NCBI GenBank assembly: GCA_043825775.1
Contig: JBDRRK010000012.1
Coordinates: 1,237 to 65,236 of the forward strand
Direction of reading: 5' to 3'
Origin: an archaeon
GTDB lineage: Archaea; Nanobdellota; Nanobdellia; SCGC-AAA011-G17; GW2011-AR17
Length of the DNA stretch: 64,000 bases
A program made the translations under genes and the position numbers. A model generated the notes under the pieces. The model made no database searches, was not told the origin of the DNA, and saw only the letters and a program-made list of their open reading frames with translations. Positions 48,014 through 58,180 of this stretch are shown here, piece after piece (positions within the stretch are counted from its first letter, which is position 1; each line of letters begins with the position of its first letter).

Positions 48014-48250
48014 CTATAAGTAAGAATTATGTCCAAAATGGATTAATAGGTCTACATCTACATTTGGAATATCACAGGCTCCATAACAAGAATTTAAAGA
48101 GATGTAAATTTTAGCTTTAGTGTGAGGTTGTAATTGTTTTACTATTTCTGTTGCTTGTGGTTTTAGCCCATCAGCTAATTGTATTAGAATTGTTTTTGGT
48201 TTGGATTGTTTTATTTCCTTTATTGCTTTGTCTATTTCTAGGTTGTACAT
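48014..48250 (-). pseudogene. dph2: N-terminal fragment of diphthamide synthesis protein Dph2 (truncated)
   Basis: 'KTILIQLADGLKPQATEIV…SCYGACDIPNVDVDLLIHFGHNSYL' matches the Dph2 N-terminal motifs (…YGACCVD…ADLLIHYGHSC) but the ORF stops after 78 aa; the remaining roughly 260 aa are absent. Confidence 0.45.
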
Positions 48251-48266
48251 AGTAAATATTAATTAA

Positions 48267-48539
48267 TTGGTCTTTTTATTAGTTTTGGTAAGGTTTATAA
48301 ATAAAAGCTTTTTTTATGTGACTATGAATCGTGACCAATTTCATAGGAATTATACCCTTGTTTATTGCCAAAAATGTGGGGTTGATTTAACTTACTCTGG
48401 AGGTATGGTGCTAGATAATGCTCTTTATTGTATTGGTAGGTGTTCTAATGGGGGGAAGTATCATTCTAAGCAGTTGGTTCAAGAGAAAGTTATAGGTAAA
48501 AAGCCCTTTGAATATAAAAGATTAAATGATAGATTATGA
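48267..48539 (+). CDS. Hypothetical Cys-containing small protein
   Basis: 90-aa ORF; 'CQKCG…CIGRC'. Confidence 0.3.
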   Translation: MVFLLVLVRFINKSFFYVTMNRDQFHRNYTLVYCQKCGVDLTYSGGMVLDNALYCIGRCSNGGKYHSKQLVQEKVIGKKPFEYKRLNDRL

Positions 48540-48544
48540 ATTAT

Positions 48545-48814
48545 TTAATTTCTGTTTTTAATTGCTAGATATTCTTCTTCTGTTATTGAATTAAAAGCAC
48601 ATATTTGTGAAAGAGGTATCCTTTTTGAAGTGAAGTAATCAGTCCTCACTTCAGCCATTTTTAGTACAATTAAAGGATCTATTTCTCTTTTATATCTTGT
48701 TTGATATACATTTGTTAAGGTTATTTCTCTTTTTGTAATTTTTTCTAATTCACCAACACCTAGATATAATGTAGAATTTGCTGTCCTTTCTATGAATGAT
48801 GAGTACCTTGGCAT
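48545..48814 (-). CDS. Hypothetical protein
   Basis: 89-aa ORF. Confidence 0.3.
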   Translation of the reverse strand: MPRYSSFIERTANSTLYLGVGELEKITKREITLTNVYQTRYKREIDPLIVLKMAEVRTDYFTSKRIPLSQICAFNSITEEEYLAIKNRN

Positions 48815-48837
48815 AATAATAGTTTTTTCTTTTAAAT

Positions 48838-50148
48838 TTATAAACTTTCCTTAAGAATTGATTGTAGTTCATTTCTGAATGCAGAAGGAACATTTGTCAT
48901 TGGATGTAATGAGTAGAAGTGGTTGTATAATTGGTCTTCTCTTTCTTGTGCTTCGTTTAGGAATTGTTTTTTGAATTCACCTATTAAGTATCCTTTTGCT
49001 CCATTTTTGTATGCTAAGTAGAAGGCTAATAGTTGTTGGTCTCTTGCTTCCTCACTCTTTTCATAGCAATCTGCTTCTTTTCCATTGAATAGACAGTATA
49101 ATTCTTTGTGTTCTTTGTTTAGTAATGGATGCAATTGTATTACTTTTGGGTCTATATTGTTTGCTAATAGGAATAAAGATAATCTTGCACATTTAGAACA
49201 TTCATGGCACCATCTTGATTCTAATGAAGCGTCTAAACAATCACAAGATATTTCATATTTTGCAAATTCTGGGTATCTTTGGAATAATACTTTCATTATT
49301 GCAATATTTGTTAATGGTTGGATTAGACTTGATAGTTTTGCTTGGTTGTTTGTTGCTAAAGAAAGCATTATATTTTGTTGCCTCATCCATTCTCTTGTTT
49401 GATCATAAGCTGGATAGGTTCTATATCCTTCTTTGTTCATGAAATAGAAGTTCATGTCTTGTTGGTTTCCCACAATAATGTGTTTTGCTTTGTATTGGTG
49501 CGTGAAGGGTAGTGCTAAAAGTGAAAATCCAGTAATCATATGTGTGTATCCTACGCAGGTTTCTTCTGTGTCATGTGTTTCAAAGTCATTTAATTGTTCT
49601 ATTTCATTTGTTACTGTATGTATTTTGATGTTGTGTTGTTTGCTTAGCTTTTCCATGTGTAGAAGTTTTAATTTGTTTTCAGTTGGGGATATTGTGTCAT
49701 TAATGTAAACTCCTGTTGGGTTTAGATTTAGCTCTTTTGCTAGTGCTAGGGATAATAATGAGTCTTTACCACAGGAGAAAGAGACTATTGCTTTTTCTTG
49801 TAATTGTTCTTTGTAATTAGGGTATTTTACTTTGTTGTTTTTGAAAAGGTAGTTTGTGTTTATGAATTGTTTTATTAGTTTGTTTGTTGATTGTTCGTAA
49901 TCATCTGTTGCGTGAGGTAGAGAGTTGATTACTACGTTGAAGAAGAAGGATTTTAGTAAAGGTAGTGAAGTGTTGTAGTTGATTATGTTTGTGTTTGCTA
50001 TTAAAGGAGTGTTTATTGTCAGTAAGTGTGCTAGGTTGTCTGTTAGAAATTCTTTTTCTGGGTAGTTGTTCCAGATATCTTTTGGGTATTGTAGATTGTA
50101 TTTATTTATTTTAAATCCTTGATTTGTTGTTTTTACCTTTAGATTCAT
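48838..50148 (-). CDS. PP-loop superfamily ATP pyrophosphatase with C-terminal Cys cluster
   Basis: 'VSFSCGKDSLLSLA' (SGGxDS-type PP-loop); 'CDCLDASLESRWCHECSKC' Cys cluster. Confidence 0.55.
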   Translation of the reverse strand: MNLKVKTTNQGFKINKYNLQYPKDIWNNYPEKEFLTDNLAHLLTINTPLIANTNIINYNTSLPLLKSFFFNVVINSLPHATDDYEQSTNKLIKQFINTNYLFKNNKVKYPNYKEQLQEKAIVSFSCGKDSLLSLALAKELNLNPTGVYINDTISPTENKLKLLHMEKLSKQHNIKIHTVTNEIEQLNDFETHDTEETCVGYTHMITGFSLLALPFTHQYKAKHIIVGNQQDMNFYFMNKEGYRTYPAYDQTREWMRQQNIMLSLATNNQAKLSSLIQPLTNIAIMKVLFQRYPEFAKYEISCDCLDASLESRWCHECSKCARLSLFLLANNIDPKVIQLHPLLNKEHKELYCLFNGKEADCYEKSEEARDQQLLAFYLAYKNGAKGYLIGEFKKQFLNEAQEREDQLYNHFYSLHPMTNVPSAFRNELQSILKESL

Positions 50149-50315
50149 GAGTGTTTAATTATTTTTATATTTTTATAGATTATTGTGCAGTAGAATGTGT
50201 AATTATTGAGGCTAATTTATGCTTTTTGTATGATTCTTACCAGCTCTCCTTCGGAGAGGGTTGTAAGTGGTAAGGGTTCAAAATATTTATAAATTCAATA
50301 TTAAATATTGGGTTT

Positions 50316-50735
50316 ATGAGAAAAGTTTTATATAGTTTGTTTTTAGTATTAACATTTATTTTTTTAGGGATTTTGTTCTTTTTTTTTACTTTGTACAATA
50401 CAACAGCAAATATAATATCTGGTGTAGTAATAGCTTCAGCTAGGGATACTTTTTTTAGTACAATGGGTTTTCTTACCCTTACTTCAATATTTTATGGTTT
50501 TTATATTTCTTCAGATAAGAATTCTTCAGATAAGAAATTATCAGAACATGATAGAAAACTCTTGAACAAATTGTTGTGGTTCTCTACGGTTTTTTATATT
50601 GTTTCAATAATGTTTTATTTTGCTAGGGATATAGCTTATCCTAAAATCTTCATTATTATTCAAGTTTTATTATTTTTGGCAGGCATTATGTTAACTTTAA
50701 CTCTTGCTTATAGATGGTATAGGGATAATTCCTAG
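50316..50735 (+). CDS. Membrane protein (hypothetical)
   Basis: 139 aa, 4 TM. Confidence 0.4.
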   Translation: MRKVLYSLFLVLTFIFLGILFFFFTLYNTTANIISGVVIASARDTFFSTMGFLTLTSIFYGFYISSDKNSSDKKLSEHDRKLLNKLLWFSTVFYIVSIMFYFARDIAYPKIFIIIQVLLFLAGIMLTLTLAYRWYRDNS

Positions 50736-50785
50736 CTATCTTCCAAACAGAGTCAAAATAAATTCTATAGCTCTCAACGATCTCT

Positions 50786-52420
50786 TCAGAATAATTCAGA
50801 AAGATTCAACTCTAGAGCACAAGTAGGGAATTCTATTCCAAAGTTTTCAAGAACAGATGGATGTATTTCACCAATAAAAGCAACATCTTTTTTGTTTACA
50901 GAAATTCTAGCACATCTTCCTGAAATAAAAGAAGGATGTTCAACTTCTTTAACAGTATACTCTAAATCTAACATTCTTAAAACATAATCAAGAACTTGCT
51001 TAATTTCAGTAAAATTAGCTGTTTGATGTGAACTAACTACAGCAACTCTTTCATTTTCAATAGTTCCAGTTTCACTAATACCATTTTTAAACACCCTACC
51101 AATTTCAAATATTTTTTGTGGATAATCATATTTCTTATTTCTAGCTAGTATAGAAAGTAGATTAGGAATTATCCATGAACGAAGAACATTATATTCAAGA
51201 GATAATGAATTTTTTAGTTTAATTGTTTTTAATTTTGTGTTCATTTGCTCATTTTGTTCCTGTTCACTAGCTAGGTGATAGGAAGAACATTCTAAATAGC
51301 CAAGACCAATTATTATTTCAGCAACTTTTCTCTTTAGTATTTCTGTTTGTGACTCTTCACCTATTGTAGAAATGTTTGGAATTTCTTCTTGGAAGTTTTC
51401 ATAACCATATGCAATGGCAATGTCTTCAACTAAATCAATTGGATGTAAGATGTCTGCTCTGTAAGCTGGATAGGATACTAAACCTTTTGTATAATCCATT
51501 CCCATTTTTTGCAGTAATGTTTTTGCTTGAGCTTCTTTTAATTCTAATCCTAATAATTTGTTTACATACTTTAAATCCAAAGCCATTGTTTTGGGTTTTA
51601 GATCAGGAGAATTAATTGTTTTATTTCCATATTTCACCTTTACTTCATATACTGTTCCTTGCATATCATGGAACATTGTTGATAGGATGTTAATTATTAT
51701 TGTTAATGTATTTAAATCAAAACCAGATGCTTCAATGAATACATCTGTTGTTGTTTTTGTTATCTTTCCTGTTTTTTCAGAATTGATAATTGGTGGCATT
51801 GATAATATTTGTTTGTTAGCATCTTCAAAGAATGGGAATTTCTTTAATCCTTCAAGTAAATAAGCATATTCTCTTCCTTTTTGGTGTTGGGATAGTATTT
51901 GTAATCCAGTTAATGGTTTATTTCCTTCTAATGGAATAAATTTAATTTTTTTAGGATCTTCTGCAAAGTATTTTATTGGAAATTTTATTTTCTCTAAAGG
52001 ATAGATACCTATTGCTGCTTTTTTTCTATTTCTACAGAAAGATACATGTAACTTTTCTTGAATATTTATTATTTCTTCTATAACTTCATTTGTAAACTTA
52101 ATTCCTTTAACAACAGCACACATAGTATATGGTCTTATTGATTTAATAGAAGGTTGCACGTTTACTATAAAGTTGGATTTATTTACTTTAAATTTTCTTA
52201 ATCCTGTTTTAATTCCCATAAATGCTGATAAGGATCTAGCGAAACCTTGTTCTGATAGCATGTCTGGACGATTTGGAAATATTTCAACATCAATTGTTTT
52301 ATCAGTAACCTGGTCTAAATCTGTTCCAAGCATTGAAATTCTATCTTTTAGAGTATCATCTGGTATTTTCTTGCCTATTAGTTTCATTACTGTTTCTTTG
52401 TTTAGTGATACGTTTGGCAT
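50786..52420 (-). CDS. pheT: Phenylalanine--tRNA ligase beta subunit (archaeal type)
   Basis: N-terminus 'MPNVSLNKETVMKLIGKKIPDDTLKDRISMLGTDLD…IDVEIFPNRPDMLSEQGFARSLSAFMGI' matches archaeal PheT; start adjoins the pheS stop. Confidence 0.85.
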   Translation of the reverse strand: MPNVSLNKETVMKLIGKKIPDDTLKDRISMLGTDLDQVTDKTIDVEIFPNRPDMLSEQGFARSLSAFMGIKTGLRKFKVNKSNFIVNVQPSIKSIRPYTMCAVVKGIKFTNEVIEEIINIQEKLHVSFCRNRKKAAIGIYPLEKIKFPIKYFAEDPKKIKFIPLEGNKPLTGLQILSQHQKGREYAYLLEGLKKFPFFEDANKQILSMPPIINSEKTGKITKTTTDVFIEASGFDLNTLTIIINILSTMFHDMQGTVYEVKVKYGNKTINSPDLKPKTMALDLKYVNKLLGLELKEAQAKTLLQKMGMDYTKGLVSYPAYRADILHPIDLVEDIAIAYGYENFQEEIPNISTIGEESQTEILKRKVAEIIIGLGYLECSSYHLASEQEQNEQMNTKLKTIKLKNSLSLEYNVLRSWIIPNLLSILARNKKYDYPQKIFEIGRVFKNGISETGTIENERVAVVSSHQTANFTEIKQVLDYVLRMLDLEYTVKEVEHPSFISGRCARISVNKKDVAFIGEIHPSVLENFGIEFPTCALELNLSELF

Positions 52421-53916
52421 TATCTTCTCCAGGTTTTCATCTCTCTTAATTGTTTAATATCATTTTTGTATAAGTTTCTTAAATCATGAATTTGGTAAAA
52501 GTCAGTTATAATTCTATCAAAGCCAGGTCCCCAGGCTAGTACTGGTACATCTTCTCCTAAAAGAGGTACTACAACTTCTGGTCTGAATATTCCAGCCCCA
52601 CCAAGTTCTACCCATTTTTTGTGTACTGGATGGTAGACATCTATTTCTACTGACATTTCAGTATAAGGAAAATAAGCTGGTCTAAATCTTGCGTTTGGAA
52701 ATCCTAATTTTGAAAAAAATCTTTTTAAGTATCCTAAAAGATGTCTGAAGTTTGCATTTGGATCTACTACAATTCCTTCTGTTTGATTGAATTCAAATAA
52801 ATGTGTTGGGTCTACTGCTTCATTTCTAAAACATTTTCCTACTGCAAAGTATTTAACTGGCCAATCTGATTTTTTTAATTCCTTTAATGTTTGTGCACTC
52901 AATACTGTTGTATGTGTTCTTAGAACATTTGTTTTAGCATCATTTTCATCCCATTTGTATTGCCAGCCTAATGATTTTGTTTTTCCACCATTTTCGTGAA
53001 CTGCTTTTATTGCATTAACCAATTCTTTACTTGGTAGTTTTCCATTTGTTTCTAAGTAGAAAGTGTCTTGTAGTTCTCTTACAGGATGATCTTGGGCTGT
53101 AAACAATGCATCGAAGTTCCAGAATGATGTGTTTATTATCTGTCCTTGCATTTCCTTAAAACCCATTTCAATCCAAACATCTCTTGCATAATCTATTGCT
53201 TGATTTACAAAGTGTCTTTTTCCACCATAAACATTAGGAACATTGATTTCAACATCATATTTTCTAAATTCTTGTTTTTTCCAGGTTCCTTTTTTCAGAT
53301 GTTCTGGAGTTAGTGCTTCAATAAGATTTACATTAAGGTTTTCTTTTTGTAGTTTTATTCCAGTAGGTGTTAGATTGATTGTTCTTGTTTTTTCAAGAAC
53401 TGTTTCAATAATGTTTTTTCTTTTCTTTAGATTGTTGTAAGCTAGTTTATCTTCATTTACTAGATCTTTTGTTTCTAAGGGAAGTTTTTTTAAAAATTTT
53501 TCTTCAAGAAATTCTTGTGTTAATAACTTTCGGCCGTTTGGAGTCAATGTTATTTCCTGGCCCATTACAATTGCTGCTTTTTTTCTTAATTCTCCTAATG
53601 CAATGTTTAGTTCTTCTTTTGGTAGATTGATATCTTTAATTGTTAATTTTCCTCTTTTGTTTAATTCATCAAGAAGTCTTCTTTCAGGTAGTTTATCTTT
53701 TGTGTATTTCTTTCCAAGTTCACCTAAAGAGACTAGTTCTTTCATTTCAAGGTTTATTTTTAGAACATCTTTGTTTTGCAGGAATTGTAGAGCTCGCATA
53801 ACTTCAACTTCTTGTTTGTTTGTTTTCTTAGTTAGCTCTTTTAGAGTTATAGAATCCTGAATATAAGGTAATATTTCCCTCTCCTTAGGACTTAGTGAAT
53901 TTACAAGGCCTTTCAT
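52420..53916 (-). CDS. pheS: Phenylalanine--tRNA ligase alpha subunit
   Basis: Class II motif 2 'FRNEAVDPTHLFEFNQTEG', motif 3 'GAGIFRPEVV…LAWGPGFDRI'. Confidence 0.85.
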   Translation of the reverse strand: MKGLVNSLSPKEREILPYIQDSITLKELTKKTNKQEVEVMRALQFLQNKDVLKINLEMKELVSLGELGKKYTKDKLPERRLLDELNKRGKLTIKDINLPKEELNIALGELRKKAAIVMGQEITLTPNGRKLLTQEFLEEKFLKKLPLETKDLVNEDKLAYNNLKKRKNIIETVLEKTRTINLTPTGIKLQKENLNVNLIEALTPEHLKKGTWKKQEFRKYDVEINVPNVYGGKRHFVNQAIDYARDVWIEMGFKEMQGQIINTSFWNFDALFTAQDHPVRELQDTFYLETNGKLPSKELVNAIKAVHENGGKTKSLGWQYKWDENDAKTNVLRTHTTVLSAQTLKELKKSDWPVKYFAVGKCFRNEAVDPTHLFEFNQTEGIVVDPNANFRHLLGYLKRFFSKLGFPNARFRPAYFPYTEMSVEIDVYHPVHKKWVELGGAGIFRPEVVVPLLGEDVPVLAWGPGFDRIITDFYQIHDLRNLYKNDIKQLREMKTWRR

Positions 53917-53950
53917 TAGAATAAATAAATAGTTATTATGTTTTTAAATG

Positions 53951-54154
53951 TTACTGTGCAGCTCTTATATACTTTTGAATAATTCTATATTCTCTGTTAT
54001 CAGTTGTCTTTGCAAGACTTCTTTTTAGGTTAATAATTCTTCTAGGTTCTTCAAGACTAGTATCATATCTTAGACAATCTTGAATTCTATCTAATAATTC
54101 TCTGTAAACCATAGGGTCTATATCATTTATTTCTCCTATTGTAATATCTTTCAA
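53951..54154 (-). CDS. Small hypothetical protein
   Basis: 67-aa ORF. Confidence 0.3.
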   Translation of the reverse strand: MKDITIGEINDIDPMVYRELLDRIQDCLRYDTSLEEPRRIINLKRSLAKTTDNREYRIIQKYIRAAQ

Positions 54155-54320
54155 TTTAAAAAATCTTAATCAACCCCTACAAAATTGAATATAAGGTTTA
54201 AGAGAAGTAATACCTTGCACTGGTGTTCCAGTAGTAGTTTCTATATCTGTTAATTGTTTTTCAATTAGTACTACTAAACCTAATGCATTTCTATTTTTTA
54301 TTCTTTGAGCTAATTCTTTA

Positions 54321-54647
54321 TTATTCATTTTTTTGTTTTTCAATATACTCAAAATAGTCAGGATGTCTTTGTTCCATTAATACTTGGTACATATTACGGT
54401 TATCTTCTAATTTTCCTTGTAAGTTGGATAAAATTGTTGCAGTGTAGAAATAGGTTTCTTCACTTATTTCATCTCTTTCGTATTGTTCTACAACTTGTGC
54501 TTTTTCTCGTGCAATATCTGCTTGACTTGTTGTATAACATTCTGCATAACTTCTTTGTTCTTGCCAGTATTCTTCAGCGGGATTAGGTTTACAAGAAAGA
54601 AAAGTAGTTAGGGTTATTCCTAACATTGTTGAGATTAGTTTTCTCAT
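54321..54647 (-). CDS. Small lipoprotein (hypothetical)
   Basis: Signal + lipobox-like 'ITLTTFLSCKP'. Confidence 0.35.
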   Translation of the reverse strand: MRKLISTMLGITLTTFLSCKPNPAEEYWQEQRSYAECYTTSQADIAREKAQVVEQYERDEISEETYFYTATILSNLQGKLEDNRNMYQVLMEQRHPDYFEYIEKQKNE

Positions 54648-54648
54648 T

Positions 54649-55452
54649 TTAAGCTCTTTTCAAGCCTTTCCAAGATAGTTCAAACATTTGTTCCAAAGCT
54701 TGTGTAAAGAATGGTGTGTTAACCCATACACCCATGTCATAAGCTTCATGTACTTCTTGATCATCTGAAAGCATGAACACTAATTCCTTTCCATCTACTA
54801 GAACGAATCTTGCTTTTGAATCTTTATCTGCAACTCTTACTTCTATAACTTCTTTTAAATCTTTAGGGATAAAAGAAAGTTCTTTAACAGGAGCTACTAT
54901 TTTTACTTTGATTCCATTTGCTTTTGCTTTTTTGATTGCTGATTTTAATAGGTCTAATTTTCTTACTAGACCTTTTTCAGTTGTCATGATGCAAATGCTT
55001 GATTCAGCGTTTTGAATTAATGTTTTTAAATGATCATATAAATTTTTTCTACCTTTTAGAATTCCAGACAAGTCTGCAGGTTCTACTTTGTCAATACCTT
55101 GTTTGTATAAGAGTTCAATTTCACCATAGATGTTTGTTTCTCTTACTTTTTCAAGTTCTTTTAGATGAGATGTAGCATCTGTTTCTATTTTCTTTTTTAC
55201 TCTTTTTAAGATTTCTTCTGGTTTTACTGCAATGTATTTTATTGGTTTTCCTAGCTTCATTATAATAAATCCTTTCTTTTCTAAAGACTCTAGAACATCA
55301 TAACTTCTGCTTCTTGGTACACCAGAAATATCAGCTAATTCACCTGCGGCTGCTACCCCTCTTGATAGTAATGCGGTCCAGACTTTTACTTCATAAATGT
55401 TTAAGTCAAAGGCTGACCTCAGTTTTTTTAGGAATTCATCATTAACAATCAT
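54649..55452 (-). CDS. TrmB-family transcriptional regulator
   Basis: N-terminal wHTH 'LNIYEVKVWTALLSRGVAAAGELADISGVPRSRSYDVLESLEKKGFI'. Confidence 0.75.
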   Translation of the reverse strand: MIVNDEFLKKLRSAFDLNIYEVKVWTALLSRGVAAAGELADISGVPRSRSYDVLESLEKKGFIIMKLGKPIKYIAVKPEEILKRVKKKIETDATSHLKELEKVRETNIYGEIELLYKQGIDKVEPADLSGILKGRKNLYDHLKTLIQNAESSICIMTTEKGLVRKLDLLKSAIKKAKANGIKVKIVAPVKELSFIPKDLKEVIEVRVADKDSKARFVLVDGKELVFMLSDDQEVHEAYDMGVWVNTPFFTQALEQMFELSWKGLKRA

Positions 55453-55543
55453 TTTCGAGTTTCTCCTCTACTTGTATACTATTTAGAATTAAATGACCCT
55501 TTATAAATCTTTCGTTTTTTTTACTGTTATAAAGTAGTAACTT

Positions 55544-57178
55544 TTAGGAAGAAAAGAATCTTTTGAATATAAGTCTTGTTGCAATTGCTCCTATAAATAG
55601 GGCAAATGTGAAGCCTAATAGGGTATATATAAGGATACTTATTTCTGCAAATGGAGCGTTAAAAAGCAATAATTTCTTTAAAATACTCTCTGCCATCACA
55701 AATGGATTGTACATAACTATCTTTCTAGTTACAGCTGAAAGGGTTTCTAATGGTAATATTGTATTTGAGAAGAACAAGAATACGATTCCAACTGAAACTG
55801 ATGCTAATGTTACTGTTTGTTTTGTGTTAAACATATATGCTAGTAACATTCCTGTAAATATAAATAATGATGCTACAATGAATAGTACAAGACCTGCTAG
55901 TAGATATGCTGTTACTCCTGGATCTGGTACGAAGAAATAAACTATTCCTAACATGATTACTATTTGTAGTAAAATAACCATTGCTGTTGATATATATTCT
56001 CCAATAACAAATACTAAGTCATTTGTTGGAGTTATGAAATTTCTAAAGTAAGCTAATGATGTTTTTTCAGCCATAATGTTTGAAGAACTGATTAATAGTG
56101 CTACAAACATGAAAATCATTATTAATATTGAAGGAATAATGTATAATAAATAGTTATTAGTAGAACTTATTGGTTCTATTGTTGTTTTAACTGGTGTTAC
56201 AATGTTTTCTACATTTGTTATTTTAATTGTATTAATTTCAGCATTCATTGTGTTTAAACTTGTTTCTACTGTGTTTATCTTTGTTAATTCATTTCCAGCT
56301 GTTGCTTTTGCTGTTCCTAGTGTTGATGATGATGAAGTAATTCCTGTTGTAGCTGTGTCAACTGTTGTAGTTAATGCGTTATATGCAGATCTTAGTGCAT
56401 TTACTTGTGCTTTTAAGTCTGTGAATACAGAACTACTCATATTGTTACTGCTTTCTATTGAGCTTATTTCTGTTTCTATTCCTGTTGAATCATAAGCAGT
56501 ATAGCTTAAATCTACTCCTGAAATGCTTGATTCTGCTGAGGATAGTTCTGATGTTAATTGAGCATTAATATTTTTTAGATTTGTTGTTGTTGCTTGAGAT
56601 TGAACAACATTTGTGTTTACATTGTCCAAAACAACTAATATTGTTGTAACCATATCTGTTGATAGCTCTTCTGCTGAAACTGAAACCTTTGAATTTATTT
56701 GTGAAGAGATCAGATTTGCAATATTTAATCTTGAATTGTCTACATATATTTTTATTATATTGTTTGCACTGTTGTCTAAAATCATATTTGATGGGAAAAC
56801 AACACATACTTGAAAATTATCAAATTTAATTGAATCAATACATTCTGCTTCTGATTCCATTTTTATTACATTGTACTGTGAATCAGATAGGTTTGTTACT
56901 ATCGTTTCTGATATTGAAGAATAAGATTCTGAATATGCCGCAATATTCAAATCATATAAAGTTGATGTGTTGAATGCTAATGCAATTAAGAATACAATGA
57001 TTAATGGTCCTAAGATGAATAAGAATGCTGATAGCTTTGATCTTAGAAGTATTCTAAAGTTCTTTAAGATTATAAAATAAAGTTTGGTAATTGAATTTAG
57101 TCTTGGCCTTTCTATAAAAACATCTACTTTCTCTTCTGGTTCCTCTTTCTTTTTTACTAATCTTGCTATGAAACTCAT
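55544..57178 (-). CDS. ABC-2 type transporter permease with large extracytoplasmic domain
   Basis: N-terminal TM, roughly 280-aa S/T-rich external region, 5 C-terminal TMs; start overlaps the upstream ATPase gene. Confidence 0.65.
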   Translation of the reverse strand: MSFIARLVKKKEEPEEKVDVFIERPRLNSITKLYFIILKNFRILLRSKLSAFLFILGPLIIVFLIALAFNTSTLYDLNIAAYSESYSSISETIVTNLSDSQYNVIKMESEAECIDSIKFDNFQVCVVFPSNMILDNSANNIIKIYVDNSRLNIANLISSQINSKVSVSAEELSTDMVTTILVVLDNVNTNVVQSQATTTNLKNINAQLTSELSSAESSISGVDLSYTAYDSTGIETEISSIESSNNMSSSVFTDLKAQVNALRSAYNALTTTVDTATTGITSSSSTLGTAKATAGNELTKINTVETSLNTMNAEINTIKITNVENIVTPVKTTIEPISSTNNYLLYIIPSILIMIFMFVALLISSSNIMAEKTSLAYFRNFITPTNDLVFVIGEYISTAMVILLQIVIMLGIVYFFVPDPGVTAYLLAGLVLFIVASLFIFTGMLLAYMFNTKQTVTLASVSVGIVFLFFSNTILPLETLSAVTRKIVMYNPFVMAESILKKLLLFNAPFAEISILIYTLLGFTFALFIGAIATRLIFKRFFSS

Positions 57179-58107
57179 TTTCTTGTTAAGTATTCAAATA
57201 CTTCCTCTATTCTTGGTTTTGTAACCTCAATTTGAATTAACCTTTGTTTTTTTGCTTTTAATAATCTCATTAGTGATGCTAGTGTTTTTTGTGCATCAGG
57301 AGTATAAAGATAGACTTGATTGTGAATTTCGTATAATTTTGTTACATTCATTCTTTTTATTGAAGGGATTATTGATTCATATTCTCTTGTTTCTGTTTCA
57401 AATCTGATTTCTTCATTTCTGCTATACTTGTTTTTTAAAACATTCGGATGGTCTTGTGCTATAACCTTTCCTTTGTGCAATATTGCCAATTCATCACAAA
57501 TAGCCTCTGCTTCACCCATTAGGTGGGATGTAATTATTACTTTTGTACCTTCATCATCTATTTTTTTAATTAAAGCTAGAATCTTTTTTCTTAAAACTGG
57601 ATCCATGTTTCCGGTTGGCTCGTCTAGGATTAGAACTTTTGGTTTGTGTATTAAAGAGCAAGCAATGTCTAATCTCCTGTACATACCTGTTGAGAGCTCT
57701 TCTGCAATAACATCTTCTGAATTTTCTAGCTCTACAAATTCTAGTAATTCTTTCATTCTTGCTTTTATATCTTTTTTTCTCATATTATACATCTTTCCAA
57801 AGTAAATCATATTTTCTTTAATTGTTAATTTTGGATATACTGAGCCAGCTTGTGTTCCAAAGCCAAATACTTGATTGAATGTTTTTTTGTTTCTGTGGAT
57901 TTCTTGTCCATCAAATAAAACCTTGCCACTATCTGGTTTCCAGAAACCAATTAGAATGTTCAATAGAGTTGTTTTTCCAGAGCCTGAAAGACCCATTATT
58001 CCGAAAATACCCTCTTTTTTTATTTCAATGTCTAAATTATTTAGCACTATATTAGAACCAAATTTTTTATTTACTTTATCAAATTTAATTAATGCCTCTT
58101 CTTCCAT
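57175..58107 (-). CDS. ABC transporter ATP-binding protein
   Basis: Walker A 'GLSGSGKTT', signature 'LSTGMYRRLDIACSL', Walker B 'VLILDEPTGNMD'. Confidence 0.85.
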   Translation of the reverse strand: MEEEALIKFDKVNKKFGSNIVLNNLDIEIKKEGIFGIMGLSGSGKTTLLNILIGFWKPDSGKVLFDGQEIHRNKKTFNQVFGFGTQAGSVYPKLTIKENMIYFGKMYNMRKKDIKARMKELLEFVELENSEDVIAEELSTGMYRRLDIACSLIHKPKVLILDEPTGNMDPVLRKKILALIKKIDDEGTKVIITSHLMGEAEAICDELAILHKGKVIAQDHPNVLKNKYSRNEEIRFETETREYESIIPSIKRMNVTKLYEIHNQVYLYTPDAQKTLASLMRLLKAKKQRLIQIEVTKPRIEEVFEYLTRK

Positions 58108-58180
58108 TGATTCTTTTGTAGATTATTATATTAATAAATGTTTTGGAAAATCTTTTAAACTTAAGTGGCATTGGAAATGT

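Noticed and set aside
57875-58180. 5' extension of the presenilin-like ORF (ORF-track start 57875)
   Set aside because: It would overlap the convergent ABC ATPase gene by 230 nt. The in-frame ATG at 58181 precedes the first TM and gives a sensible PSH-sized protein
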